Assembly (NCBI GenBank): GCA_964016885.1
Contig: OZ024740.1
Span: 413,850,001-413,914,000, forward strand
Reading direction: 5' to 3'
Length of the DNA stretch: 64,000 nucleotides
Origin: Eledone cirrhosa
Lineage: Eukaryota
Shown here: positions 40,386-54,443 of the stretch, in pieces
How positions within the stretch are numbered: the stretch's first letter is position 1
Layout of the letters: every line of letters begins with the position of its first letter
Made by a program: the position numbers and the translations under genes
The notes under the pieces: generated by a model
Told to the model about the DNA's origin: nothing
Databases searched by the model: none
What the model saw: the letters and a program-made list of their open reading frames with translations, nothing else

Positions 40386-43140
40386 CACAAGAATCAAAGC
40401 GATGTTCAAAGCATTTATTCACTTACAATTGTTTCATCCAAACCTAGGCTTGTAGTCTTCGGAGCATTTTTCAATGTTTGTACACATAATTGACCTCCTT
40501 TCCAACGCAAGAGACATACAGATACATATGTATATATTGATGTACAGTGGAGTGACATATATTATATTATATTATTTCTGTATAGCAATTCAAATTCAAA
40601 ATCAAAATCGCATTAAAACAAAATCAAAGCAAAATTAAAATACAATCGGCAGTTAACATAGATAATGCAAGAGGATAGTTTGTTAGTCAGATGTAGTGGT
40701 TATTTTAGTTATTTTATGCGTTAGTTACACGTGGGGCATGCACGTGTGTCTCATTTATATATGAGTATTGTGCGGCAGGGTGTTACGTGTAATAGAAGCA
40801 CTTAAAGCGGGTAAATAAGAGTATTATGGAGGTTGTATTGGTAAGGTATTTTTGTATATGATACAGAAGTATGTGTGCAGAGAAATAGTATAAAGGAGAA
40901 GCAAAAGAAAGTTATGGTTTTTGTATCCACCACCATTTTCACATTCAGGAAACGTAATATATAGTTTATACATCCTTCACATACTTAACGATGATTCCGT
41001 ATTGGATGTTTGATGCATTAAATTAAATTATTTTAGCTTGTTGCGGCTCAGTGTTCTTTAATCCAATTTTATAGAGCAGGTTGTTTCTGTTGCGAGAATT
41101 TACATCGGTTTATTATGCGGAAGTATGTGTGTGATTAAGGGGAGTTAATGCGTAAGGGGGGGGGGGGGTAACTAGCTGATTTCTATAACTAAATTTATTA
41201 TTCCAACATACCTTATAAGGTGTCTCAATTGAGTCCCTTATATAGACGGTTATATATTCAGTTTCCAATTTTAAGTATCCTTTTTTTTTAATTACAGTCT
41301 ACTCTATCATGAAGTACTAAAGGTATCTATATTAGGATGATTACTCCCTATCATAGAGTGCTACAACTGAATATTCCATACAAAGAGCCACATCTGTATA
41401 TCAAAGTTCTTTGCAAATGTAGTCTACTCACAGAACCTGTCAGGGGACCTATTAGAACTACGTCTATATAACCCCTGGTAAGCTCTGGGACAGCGTATGG
41501 CTGACTGCATGGCAAAGCTAAATACATCTCTAGGGCAGACCAAAAAACATCTCTCACTTACAATGTCATTAATCTATCCATCAAGTTATACATGCATATA
41601 TAACTCACATACCACTCATACATAATTCATTGCACTCAACTTATAGGTTATACAGATCTCTTATGTTAATAAATTAATCTTATATATATCCAATGATAGC
41701 ACTCCATACATAGAAATACATTTGCACAAATAATTCATTGTCGAATCTGGTATTTAAAGTTTACATAGACTGTATTGTATCACTATATAATTATAAGTAA
41801 TTGAAAGTAATTATACTAAAAGTAGGTGTACATGGGGATATTCCTAGTGTATAAAGTTATAGATAGATGGAACGATTTGTGTTAAGATAGGGTGGATCAG
41901 TGAGTGTGGCGTTGTGGTGTAAGGTGTTCCCTTGAGGTGTAGTGCTAGAAGTGGTGATAGGTTCAAGCCTGACATTGCTATATATTGGGTTTAAAGTTTT
42001 GGAAGGAGTGTCGGAAGCGGTGCTGGCACGACGCGAACACTTCCGATTTTTTATTAAGGAGGTTATGGTTTGAGAAGATTTTAGTATTGGTCTCTAGTAG
42101 ACAGAGGTTACAAAATTTATTAGGTGGTTTGTACGATGCCGCCTTACCTATCACTTCCCATTTAAGTGTATAAGATCTATTTTTAGTTTTTAGATAGTGT
42201 ATGTAGCTAAATAGTGAAGTGGAGTTGGCTAGACTGTGTTTTCTTGAAAGAATGTAGTTGCGAATTGTATCTGGTTTTGAAGCAGTTTGAAGTAGAGCCT
42301 ATATAGGTTTCAGAAGAGTTGCTAGTTATGACGGTGCATGAGTATATGATATCCTTGATTAAGTATTTTTTAAGCACTGAGCCGCAACAAGCTAAAATAA
42401 TTTAATTTAATGCATCAAACATCCAATAAGGAATCATCGTTAATTATGTGAAGGATGTATAAACTATATATTACGTTTCCTGAATGTGAAAATGGTGGTG
42501 GATACAAAAACCATAACATTCTTTTGCTTCTCCTTTATACTATTTTTCTGCACACATATTTCTGTATCATATATAAAAAATACCTTACCACTACAACCTC
42601 CATAATTCTCTTATTTACCCGCTTTAAGTGCTTCTATTACATGTAACACCCTGCCGCACAATACTTATATATAAATGAGACACACGTGCATGCCCCACGT
42701 GTAACTAACGCATAAAATAACTAAAATAACTACTACATCTGACTAACAAACTATCCTCTTGCATTTTCTATGTTAACTGCCGATTGTATTTTAATTTTGC
42801 TTTGATTTTGTTTTAATGTGATTTTGAATTTGAATTGCTATACAGAAATAATATAATATATGTCACTCCACTGAACATCAATATATACATATGTATCTGT
42901 ATGTCTCTTGCGTTGGAAAGGAGGTCAATTATGTGTACAAACATTGAAAAATGCTCCGAAGACTACAAGCCTAGGTTTGGATGAAACAATTGTAAGTGAA
43001 TAAATGCTTTGAACATAGCTTTGATTCTTGTGAGTCTATATAACTGCTCGGTAGAACAACTTATATTATTACATTGAGCTATTTATCTTACTGGTAATAA
43101 GGTAGTAATAAATTACTGTCCTTCACTGTTTAGGGTTTAA
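40384..43140. mobile_element. Large fold-back (~670-bp arms) with variant HHR, enclosing a PLE endonuclease relic
   Basis: Arms at 40384-41053 and 42375-43034, tail to ~43140. HHR variant at 42952-42998 reads ugcu CCGAAGA..GAAA caauug UA agug. Confidence 0.88.
42000..42350 (-). pseudogene. PLE GIY-YIG endonuclease relic (Hydra-clade-like signature)
   Basis: With frameshifts: TYIGSTSNCFKTRYNSQLHSFK..NSTSLFSYIHYLK..YTLKWEVI..Y..CNLCLLE..LLNK.SEVFASCQH. Clade assignment is inference. Confidence 0.8.
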
Positions 43141-43254
43141 AATATATATAAATATAAAAAGTTTTAGTATATACATAACCATAAATAGTATCCTTAATAT
43201 TATATATATATATATATACATACGTATATATATATATATATACATATGCGTGCG

Positions 43255-43702
<448 letters not shown>

Positions 43703-43758
43703 TGTAATAATAATAAATTTGAAGACTAAAATATTTTAATAATATATATATATATATA

Positions 43759-43956
43759 TAGGAAAAAGTATGATCCCGACGGCAGAGCTCAAGCCGTGTC
43801 GACGGCTATTGCTGGACATAAATGGTCCAGAAATAGCCGGTTGAGCTCTGCCGGTTGAGCTCTGCCGTGGGGATCATACTTTTTCCTATTACCCGCTCTA
43901 CTACCTTCCCTAAGTATTGAGTACTCTGGTGCGTTATGGTCCATCTGGTTCCTTCA
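43759..43956 (+). mobile_element. GACGGCAGAGCTCAAGCCG hairpin mini-element, third copy
   Basis: Hairpin 43759-43889 and the shared tail aagtattgagtactctggtgcgttatggtccatctggttcctt. Confidence 0.8.
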
Positions 43957-44488
43957 TTATATATATATATATATATATATAACAAAGTGGGGATTTTACA
44001 TACGAGATGTATTGCTTAATCCTGGTTACAAATGTTCCTCAAGCAGTCGGCTCGTGATCTGGTTTGGCAGATATATCAAGGGTTAAACCAATATATGTCT
44101 TCATTGTACTGTGTTGTTTGATTTGATGCTTTCGTTTACTTCTATCTTTTTCTCTCTCTTACACATACACACCCACACCCACACACACGCAAATCCACAC
44201 ACACACACACACACACACACACGCCCGCACATACATGCACAGACACACATAGATGATTTTATGATGATGATGATAGTGAGGAGATGGTAAATGAACAAAA
44301 TATGATGGGTGAGTAGATGTGAATGAAATAGATTGCTAAATAAACGTTTAGTAGATTGTTGATTTATGATGATGATAGAAGCAGTACATAGTATGGTGTT
44401 TCAGATGATAGTAATAAATGCAAGATGATAATAAACAAAGTTAATTTAAAAAATTAAAAATATAACGTAAATAGACAAGGTGGGTTAA

Positions 44489-44708
44489 TCCTTTAGCATT
44501 TACATTACTCTATATATACTATTGTATTTTCAAGTGAAGTAATTTATCTCACATAATATCTCACATAATATCGAATCTATGGGATTTTGATGTTATATAT
44601 TTTGAGAAAAGTACCTTAACATCAGTATGAGTGGCCAGTTACAGCTGGTTTGAACAGAATGAGGTGAGAGACCTCTGGCCGGATACAGCCGGTTTAAATG
44701 CTGAGGGG
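44489..44708. mobile_element. piggyBac-type MITE
   Basis: TTAA on both sides; imperfect TIRs TCCTTTAGCATTTA / TAAATGCTGAGGGG. Confidence 0.7.
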
Positions 44709-45030
44709 TTAAGAGAGTGTATATCAATTAATAGGATATGAATAAAAATAAAATGAATATATGGAGTCAGGTGGTACACTGAAGACGGATTTTGTAATGA
44801 AATGACTGATAATGGTAGTACTTGGGATATGATTATATGAAACCAGTGGGGATGGTGATGATGATGTTGATGATGACATATTTAGTGGTAATTCATTAAT
44901 GAATTAGCAAAAGGCTTGTCTGGTGATCCTGTGGGTCGACAGGTGACACACCAGACTAACAAGGAGACTCATCATTTAACCATTAATATCCCAAGGATAT
45001 ATATGTATATATACATATTTATATATATAT

Positions 45031-45776
45031 ATAAACGGAAAAAATGAAACGAAATTTCATTTCTCACTCTTAGTACGGCTGTTACTTAAATATAAGTATG
45101 TATAAGTACATACATATATGTATACAAACGTACAGTAGTATGTATATATATACATACATTCACACATATATATATGTACGTATGGATTCACTGAACATTT
45201 ATTATAATGCTCGGTGTGTTTGTAAACAAACATCCCGAATTAAGCCGTACAGTGTTTAGCAACCATCGTTGCCCTTTTTTTCAACACTGACACAGGAACG
45301 ATGTACTAGTTTCTCGCTTATTAGCTATCGTCAACACCGTATAGCTTCCTGCCAGATGATTGAACCTCTGAAAGTATATACTTTCCTTATGCATATTAAC
45401 GCCTGAACAGCCTAATTTGCATATCGAGTGAGTTATTCGGCCGAGCGCACCGAAAACCATAAACGGAAAAAATGAAACTAAATTTCATTTCTCACTCTTG
45501 GTACGGCTGTTACTTAAATATAAGTATGTATACGTGCATACATATATGTATATAGACGTACAGTAGTATGTATATATATACATACATGCGCACATATATA
45601 TATGTACGTATGGATACACCGAACATTTATTATAATGCTCGGTGTGTTAGTAAACAAACATCCCGAATTAAGCCGTACAGTGTTTAGCAACCATGTAAAC
45701 TGAGCAGCCTAATTTGCATATCGAGTGAGTTAATCGGTCGGGCGCACCGAAAACGATAAACGGAAAAAATGAAACT
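45031..45776 (-). repeat. Tandem array of a 428-bp HHR-containing unit
   Basis: ATAAACGGAAAAAATGAAAC recurs at 45031, 45459 and 45756. HHR 45298-45340 (-) reads acggug UUGACGA uagc..gc ga GAAA cuag UA caucgu. The second unit has a ~131-bp deletion that removes the HHR. Confidence 0.88.
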
Positions 45777-45789
45777 GTGGGGGGGGGGT

Positions 45790-45874
<85 letters not shown>

Positions 45875-45973
45875 ATATATATATGTGCATAAAGTAGTCA
45901 GAAATAGCTGAGCGATCGACACATTTCAATGAAGAAATTTGTTACTTTAATGCTTGATATAGTAGGAAAAGTG

Positions 45974-46009
45974 ACTTAACGTTTCGGACGCTAGTCCGTC
46001 ATCAGAAGT
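45974..46009 (-). ncRNA. Minimal type I hammerhead ribozyme (loopless stem III)
   Basis: acuu CUGAUGA c ggac uagc gucc GAAA cg UU aagu; the AACGUU palindrome replaces stem III. Confidence 0.82.
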
Positions 46010-46286
46010 TAGAATAAAAGATACAAGAGGAAATAGAAAGAGAGCAAATGAGAAGACGAAGGAACGGAGACAAATTTTTGGAAAAAATACACGTGTGTAT
46101 TCTGTCAGCCATTTTGGAGAAATGATAGTTAGTGTGTATCTTATATATTAGAGAGGTTTACAAAGGGTCTTAATCATTGTATATTTTGAATGGTTAAGTG
46201 TATGCGTGCGTACGTGCATGCTCCTGTATGTGTGTGCGTGTGTGCGTGTCTGTGTGTATGTGTGGTGTGTGATAGAGAGACAGGGG

Positions 46287-46335
<49 letters not shown>

Positions 46336-46917
46336 GAGAGAGAGCGTGTAAGTTTGTTAACTTGTTTGTACAAAGGTTTGAAGGCTGGACGTTGGAAAGT
46401 AACTGGGCTGGTTGCCATGAGAGAGTCAAGGAGTGTGGGGGTGCGCGTGTGAACTGATCAATATAGGGTGATGTACAGATATCTATATGAAATTCTGAGT
46501 ATAGATACATACATAAATACAAGGATTGTCTAGAAAAAGAGGCGGTAGCAAATATTTGCTATACTATACGAACCATAAAACGTGAAAGTTCTCGAATTTC
46601 AAATTTACATGTTGGAGTTATTTCCCTTGGTTATAATACGTTTTTGTAAACACGCGTTTTTAGCGAGTTAACGGTATTATATAAACTCGTATAAGCGCCT
46701 GAAGAAAGTTCACGAATTTGTTGCCGCTTGAATTCTGGAGGTATGGTCAAATTTAAGTCTTGATATTTTGAGGAGCACTTTGGTTCCATGTATGAAAATA
46801 CATAAATAATATATTATTTCTGCACTATTTTTCTTTTTTCCTTTTCACACCTACGGATATATGCTACACACACACATATATATATATATATATATGCGTG
46901 TGTGTGATAGTGCATGT

Positions 46918-47004
<87 letters not shown>

Positions 47005-47420
47005 TGTGTATAATCAGATATATATGAAAAATGTCCAAATATAGCAGTATTGGCTCAGTCAATAGTTCAGAGCATTATATTCATAAGGGAGGGAGACGTT
47101 AGCATAATAAATACAGAGAAGGATATATAATTATACTCAAGTGAATATTCCCTTACTCCAGTTTCAAAGCGTAATATAATCCTTCTTTTTGTGATAGTTA
47201 AGATACTTGACATCGGCCTTACGGAAACTGCAGTAAGGGATATTGAGTTATAAATATGAATAGCAGCACGGACGTCGCAACTTTTCTTTTAGCTAATGCA
47301 AGGCGAAATAAAATGTCTTGTTCAAGGAAACAACGCAGCACCCTGTCCGGGAATAAAACTCACAAGCTCACGATTGTAAGCTCAACGCTCTAACCACAAA
47401 GCTACACACACATACATTCA

Positions 47421-47453
<33 letters not shown>

Positions 47454-47507
47454 GTGTATATATGTGTATATATGTGTATATATATATATATATAGGAATA
47501 TATATAT

Positions 47508-47703
47508 ATAGGAAAATGTTTGACCTCGACGGCAGAGCTCAAGCCGTTTCGACGGCTATTTCTGGAGTCCAGAAATAGCCGTCGAAACAGCTTGAGCTCT
47601 GCCGTCGAGGTCAAACATTTTCCTATTACCCACTCTACCACCCTAAGTATTGAGTACTCTGGGGCTTTATAGTCCATCTGGTTCCTTACCACAACTCCTT
47701 CGT

Positions 47704-47704
<1 letters not shown>
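47508..47704 (+). mobile_element. GACGGCAGAGCTCAAGCCG hairpin mini-element, cleanest copy
   Basis: 59-bp arms around a single G at 47567 with one mismatch seen, plus a ~78-bp tail. Confidence 0.85.
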
Positions 47705-47735
<31 letters not shown>

Positions 47736-47873
47736 TACATAAATACATATCACCTTGACCGACCAGTCTGTCGGGCGTCCATTCGGCGCCGCTTGTCACA
47801 GCACGCCGTCCATTCCTCATCTATGTAGTCCCAATCCTGTTCCTAAAATCGTAACCCCACTGGCGTGAGGGAC

Positions 47874-47950
<77 letters not shown>

Positions 47951-47967
47951 CATATATACATATATAT

Positions 47968-48972
47968 ACTAGACATGAAAAATGCGCAAGCTCAAAAGTG
48001 CTACAGAATGTTATAATAAACCTTCAAAAGTGTGGGACTAGAGTTGTTGCTAAAAAATATTGTAATCATTATATATCGTACATTCTGTGGCATCCTTTAT
48101 AAAAATAGCTTAAACCAACGAAGCCTTTATTTTTACGCTATTTCACTTAGTTAATTCTTAGAGTGTAACATATAAAAATATGATTTACAACTATAAAATA
48201 AATTAATTAATATAATAACAGAGCTGCGGAGCTGAAATTTAGGAAATAATGGAGTATCGGATCCTGAGTTGGAGCCAGTCAATTTTTAGCCGACTCCGCA
48301 GCCCTGTATAATACATTTCATATTAAAGTTATTAATAAACCTATTTTACACTGCATGCAAATTACCATGAGATATTGATATTAGATATAAGATACAGCGC
48401 AATATCTACAGCTGTAAAAGTACGAAAGCGAAGTAATAATAAGTGGCTTCAGGTAATTCCAATATGAAAGTTTGTAGTGATAAAAATTTGATAATGCAAT
48501 ACGATTGTTAATATTATAGTTCTATGAAAATGTAACAATAGATAACTAAATTATTTTACTATTAGTATATTTAAGAAATTATCATTATAGATTTGATCGT
48601 TCATATAAGCATCATATTAATTTTCAACACAATTATTTTGTTACTATGAGTATATGATAATAATATTACGTAATTATTTATAGCTGTTATTACATTAAAC
48701 ATAGATGTATTTATTTTTATATGTTACACTCTAAGAATTAACTAAGTGAAATAGCGTAAAAATAAAGGCTTCGTTGGTTTAAGCTATTTTTATAAAGGAT
48801 GCCACAGAATGTACGATATATAATGATTACAATATTTTTTAGCAACAACTCTAGTCCCACACTTTTGAAGGTTTATTATAACATTCTGTGGCACTTTTGA
48901 GCTTGCGCATTTTTCATGTCTAGTTTAATATTTTTTTAAGGCAACGCTTGTAATAACTCTAGTTAAACAGGA
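47968..48972. mobile_element. Fold-back element with ~213-bp near-identical arms and 3' tail
   Basis: Arms at 47968-48180 and 48712-48924 with one mismatch seen; tail to ~48972; starts in (TA)n. Confidence 0.85.
48219..48306. mobile_element. 88-bp hAT-type MITE
   Basis: TIRs CAGAGCTGCGGAG / CTCCGCAGCCCTG; 8-bp TSD TATAATAA / TATAATAC. Confidence 0.75.
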
Positions 48973-49515
48973 TATATATTAATAATAAATTATCGTTGTA
49001 ATGTAATTAGATTATGTAATTGTTATTATAAATTATCTTATAAATATTAGTGTAAGATGTATAAAAATATTTTCAGACTTTTAATATAAACAACTACAAA
49101 AAACAATCAATATTAAATCAATATATTATACATAATAGAAGACATAAAATAAACAATACAAATACAAAATATTTACATACAATTGCAATTATCAGTGTAT
49201 ATACATTTTCTTTATATTCCCTGAGCAAATTAATAAGATTTGTTTTTATTGTACATAATTTGATGACTTGTTGGTGTGTATTAAAAGATAGCAACAATTT
49301 GTGATTAAATTGTTATCTTAAGCAACTCACTTTTTAATAGTTGTTGGCTGAGCGAAATTGTAAAAGCCTATGAGCAAATATAAAAACAAATACACAAACA
49401 ACATTTCCTTGTGTTATTAGATTAGATAAAATAATTGAGCAATGTCGTTATATTTTGCTCTTATTGCACATTAATAGTGTTTCTATTTTTCGGCACAAAT
49501 CCATTACGGCAGTCC

Positions 49516-49643
49516 ATTACTGGTACTTTATTTTATCGAATTAGTAAGTATGAAAGTCGAAGTTAACCTCGGCAGGATTTGAACTTAGAATGCAAAGGAC
49601 CATAACAATACTGCAAAGCATGGTGTCTGACGCTCTACCAATA
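49516..49643 (-). mobile_element. tRNA-derived SINE (family 2), diverged
   Basis: actggtactttattttatcga..gttaacctcggcaggatttgaact. Confidence 0.75.
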
Positions 49644-50147
49644 CTTGTGTTGAGCTGGTCATTAATTTATGGTGGTCGTGCGTGGAGTAGAGCAATCGCT
49701 AGTTGAAATATTATGAACAAAACATTTTTATTTGCCGAAGAACATATTTTCAATACTGTTTGTGAATGTGACGAAGGAAATACATTCTGATATGGAACAG
49801 TGTACAAAGTGTGTCTGTGAATAACATAATGTTACCTCATGTTGTTGTCAAGACATAATGGATTTCGTTTATCCAGTTAGAAGATGAAACCTAGCCATCT
49901 CGGATTAGTTATATTTCATGCCATGTGTAAACGTGTTTGAGGATAGCAAAATATGCGTGTTTCTTGTCTGGAAACTTTCTGCTAAACAAATTTGTTTCAG
50001 TATATATTTAATATAATATTAATATATTTTGTAATATTATTAACTAATTATTATAATTAGCGCTTCAGGCTTTGTCTATATACTGAAACAAATTTGTAAG
50101 TCATTACCTAATTAAACTCTTTGCTTGAAATGTTATCATTCTTCGTT

Positions 50148-50179
<32 letters not shown>

Positions 50180-51701
50180 TTTATCTAGTCCTTCGCTCAA
50201 GATTAATCTATAAGTTTAGATGTCTGCCTTCGTTTAAGTAAATATTACAGTAAGATTTTTAATATAAACAACTACAAAAAACAATTAATATTAAAACGAA
50301 AAAATTATCAATGATAAAAGAAGCGGATGCAACTTTTTTTTTTATAAAGTTATATTCCTGTTTCTTTAAAGAACATTTCATTTTTGTTCTATTGTAGGCG
50401 AAATAATGCAATGGTTTAATAGGGAAGATATAACTTACCAATTATGTCTCTAACCGTGTAACGCTTTTTAAGTAGATAACTACAATTGAAAATACTAAAG
50501 AAATGGAACCAACAATTCAATTTGAAAGTCGTCTACTTATAGTGACAGTGTATTACTGGTACTTTATTTTATCGACCCCGTAACGATGAAATGCAAATGC
50601 TTAAAATTTAAATTGCCTTAATTCTATCGTCTGCTGTTTCATTAAAGGGAGATTCTCGTCTGTATTTAATTCTATCGTCTACTGTTCCACTAAACAGATA
50701 TACCTCCACTATCGTCTCGATTTATACATTTTAACTTATAACTTATACACATTTGATTTGAAATATTTTATCTAGTCCCCCCTCTCAATATTATGATGAT
50801 TTCTTTCGAATGAAACAGTTCTAGTCCTGTAGAAGCCATTTATATATATAATTGAACTGAGTTAAAAATTCACAATATTTATAATTAAATAAGCTCATAT
50901 ATATATGTGTGTATTTATCTGTTTATTGTATTATATATAATGTGTGTATATACAGGATGTCCCCCAAATATATATACACACTTCAACAGCATTCTAATAA
51001 CTATTGCCTGTACAGGTAATCAAAGTGTCAATCGAATGTTAGTTTCGTGTTTTAACAGTACAAATTTACAATACACACATAACACACATAAAACCAGTGT
51101 ATATACATACATGAGTGTGTATAAACATACATGAATGTGTATATACAATATATATGTATATATTTATAGACACATATATTCACGGTGCAACGGAACATTA
51201 AAATATAGATGCGGGAGGGGGGGGGTGTATCTATAGGGGCGCTGGGGATAAAGGAGTGTAAAGCGTGTGTAATTGATATATTGAAGGAGGGGAGCGTGCA
51301 GCGATAGAGTAACAAATATATAGAGAGGGGGAGAGATGGTATTGAAGGGGAGGAGTGCAAAGCGAAAGAGTAAGAGATATATATATAGAGACGGAACAGA
51401 TAGAGAGAAACAGGCTTAAGTAACAGTGGAAGAGATATATAGAGAGGGGGAAATGTGTTATTGAAGGGGAGGAGTGTAAAGCGTAAGATATATATAGAGA
51501 GAGGGGGAATAGGATATATATATATATATATATATATCAACACTTACTCTGATTGGTTGAAAATTAGCCAATGACATACGATCACCACCACCACGGCTAT
51601 CCCGGGAAAATTTATGAAGATGTTAGGCATATATGTTAGAACACGAAAAGTGAACATTCTGTTGTTTCACACTTTTCGTGTTCTAACAGATATATATATA
51701 T

Positions 51702-51980
51702 ATTGTTGCGAAACAAATTAAAAATTTGTCCGGGTATCACGGCTATTGCCAATATAGGTTTCTTTTTATTGATTCATTATTTTAAATCGAGACAGGCAAA
51801 CCGTATTATTTTAATTAGTATTTTTCAATCTAGCTAACTTGGTCATTTGCAATGCGAACACATGTATACTTGTATCAGTGTTTATCCCTATCATATATTC
51901 ATTTGTATTACACGGCTCAGAAATATTCCTTTCTTTGAGCTATTTAATTGTAAAAGAGTATTTGAGTTTATAACTCTATA
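51702..51980 (+). mobile_element. Diverged relative of the 34632-34965 family retaining the 3' half of the HHR
   Basis: gc GAAA caaauu aaa aauuug UC; downstream shares cgaacacatgtat, acggctc.gaaa and gagctatttaattgtaa. Confidence 0.65.
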
Positions 51981-52055
51981 TATTATATATATATATATGT
52001 ACATATATTTCAATATATATGTGTCTGTTTGATTACAATATTACAATATGTATGT

Positions 52056-52490
52056 GTCAGTAGAATGAACCCTTCATTCTTGCTTTTGTGTTAGCATGTG
52101 AACAGAACTGCAGACACTAAATGTTTCTGGGTATCACCCATCTGCTAATATGCAGATCTGACTGATCAGCGAGTCTGCTAATATGCAAATCAGGCCGATC
52201 AGTCACTTTGTATTTTTGAAAATAGCATATATTTTCACTAGCTCTGACAGTTTGGCAGGTGAACAGTGAGCTGTACTGATGAAGGGTGATACCCAGAAAC
52301 ATTTGTGGCTGCAGTTCTGTTCACATGCCAACACAAGAGCAAGAATGAGGGGTTCATTCTACTGACATGGCTATAAAATTGAGGGTTGTTTGCATAATTG
52401 CAAAGGAATCGAATGTTATTATTAATATTCGAAAAACTCAAACTAGATGTATTGTATTCAGCCATGTAGAGCGAACATTTTCTTTTTTAT
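52056..52490 (+). mobile_element. Fold-back mini-element with HHR and paired octamer-like motifs
   Basis: Arms at 52056-52139 and 52284-52368. HHR 52271-52314 reads cugua CUGAUGA a ggg ugaua ccc a GAAA ca..ug; the left arm preserves UC-ugcag. Tail to ~52490. Confidence 0.8.
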
Positions 52491-52681
52491 TAGATAGATA
52501 GATAGATTCGATAAAATGCGTGTCAGCATTTGCATTCAAATTTAAATCACCTTAGTAAATTTCATAGCGGAACAACCTCACTGCATTCACAAGACATCTC
52601 CATGCAATCATGTACAAATTTCATACATGTTCATAAATACATCCACTCCCCATGTTTGTATATATATATATATATGGATAT

Positions 52682-52762
<81 letters not shown>

Positions 52763-53447
52763 TATGTATGTGTTTACCTATATATATGTATACATGTGTG
52801 TTCTTGTCAGTGTATGTGTGTGTGCATATATGTATGTATGTGTTTTATCTATATATATATATATGTTTACCTATATATATATATATATATATATACACGT
52901 GTGTGTAAGTATGTGTATGAATATGTGTGTATGTGTGTGCATATATGTGTGTATATGTGTGCATATATATGTGTGTGTGTGCATACATGTATGTGTTTAC
53001 CTATATATATGTATACAGTTGTGTTTTTGTCAGTGTATGTGTGTGTGTATATATGTGTGTATCTGTGTGCATATATGTGTATGTGTGTGTGTGTGTGTGT
53101 GCATAGATGTATATGTTTGCCTATATATATGTATACAGTTGTGTTTTTGCCAGTGTATGTGTGCGTGTATATATGTGTGCATCTGTGTGCAAATATGTGT
53201 GTGTGTGTAAGTTGTATAAGAAGATTTCTGGGTCACGTCTCTGACATTCACAGACAGTATCTGTTTGATCAGGCTACAAAATAATCTTTTGTCGTTGAAC
53301 GAAGTCGTAGATGATGGGAATTTTGGAGTAGCACTGGAGTGGATCATCGGATTTGATTAAATTAACTCAATAAACACCAAATACTAAGAACTGTTCCTCT
53401 CTCTCTCTCTCTCTCACCCTCACTCTCTCTCTTTTTCTCTCTTTCTC

Positions 53448-53488
<41 letters not shown>

Positions 53489-53571
53489 ATATAACTATAT
53501 ATAGAGATGCATACATACTTACATACATTAATGTTATTTATTACTTTTATATATTAATGTTATTTATCAAT

Positions 53572-53766
53572 AGGGCAGTGGATTGGCAGTATCGGTAGAG
53601 GGTCGCACGCCATGCTTTGCAGCAAAGAGTTACGGCCCTTTATGGTCTGAGTTCAAATCCCGCCATGGTTAACTTTGCCTTTCATCCTTACGGGGACGAT
53701 AAAATAAAGTACCAGTAATACACTGGGATAATTGCTGGCCTTGTGCCAAAAATAGAAACAATTATT
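53572..53766 (+). mobile_element. tRNA-derived SINE (family 2)
   Basis: Full-length match to 9667-9861. Confidence 0.88.
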
Positions 53767-54443
53767 GTTATGTATTAGAAAGAGAGGGAGATATATGTAC
53801 ATATATTATATATGTGTGTGTGTGTACAAACACATATAAATTGTATGTATACATACAAACATGCATATATACATACATACAGACATGCATGCATACACAC
53901 ATACATACCTACATACACACATACATACATACATGCATACACACATACGTACATACACACATACATACATACACACATACACGCATATATACATACATTC
54001 ATACATACATACACACATACATACACACATACACAGATACACATACATACCTATGTACGTACGTACTTATAGAGAGGGTGGTGAGAGTGAAAATAAGAAA
54101 AGAAGAAGTAAAATCTAAACGGTGGCCAATTTCTATGTAAATATAATCGTGTTTACGTACCTCTAATACTGCATCTTTTTGTGTCGTGTTTAAAGATGAG
54201 TATGAAGAATAGTGGAGGTTACCTTATTGAAAAAAAGATTACATATGTTAACCAAAAGAAAGCAAAGAGCTTGCCTGCCTAATTACATATGGCACGCAAC
54301 CAGCCAACTCCAAGGAGCCGATCCCTCTGTAATAACGATTTTGGAGGAGTTTTTGCAGGGCAGTAGTAACAACCTCATAGTGGATCACACAACACTATTT
54401 TTTTGTTGTTTAGATCGTTTACAATTGTCAAGTGATATAATTG

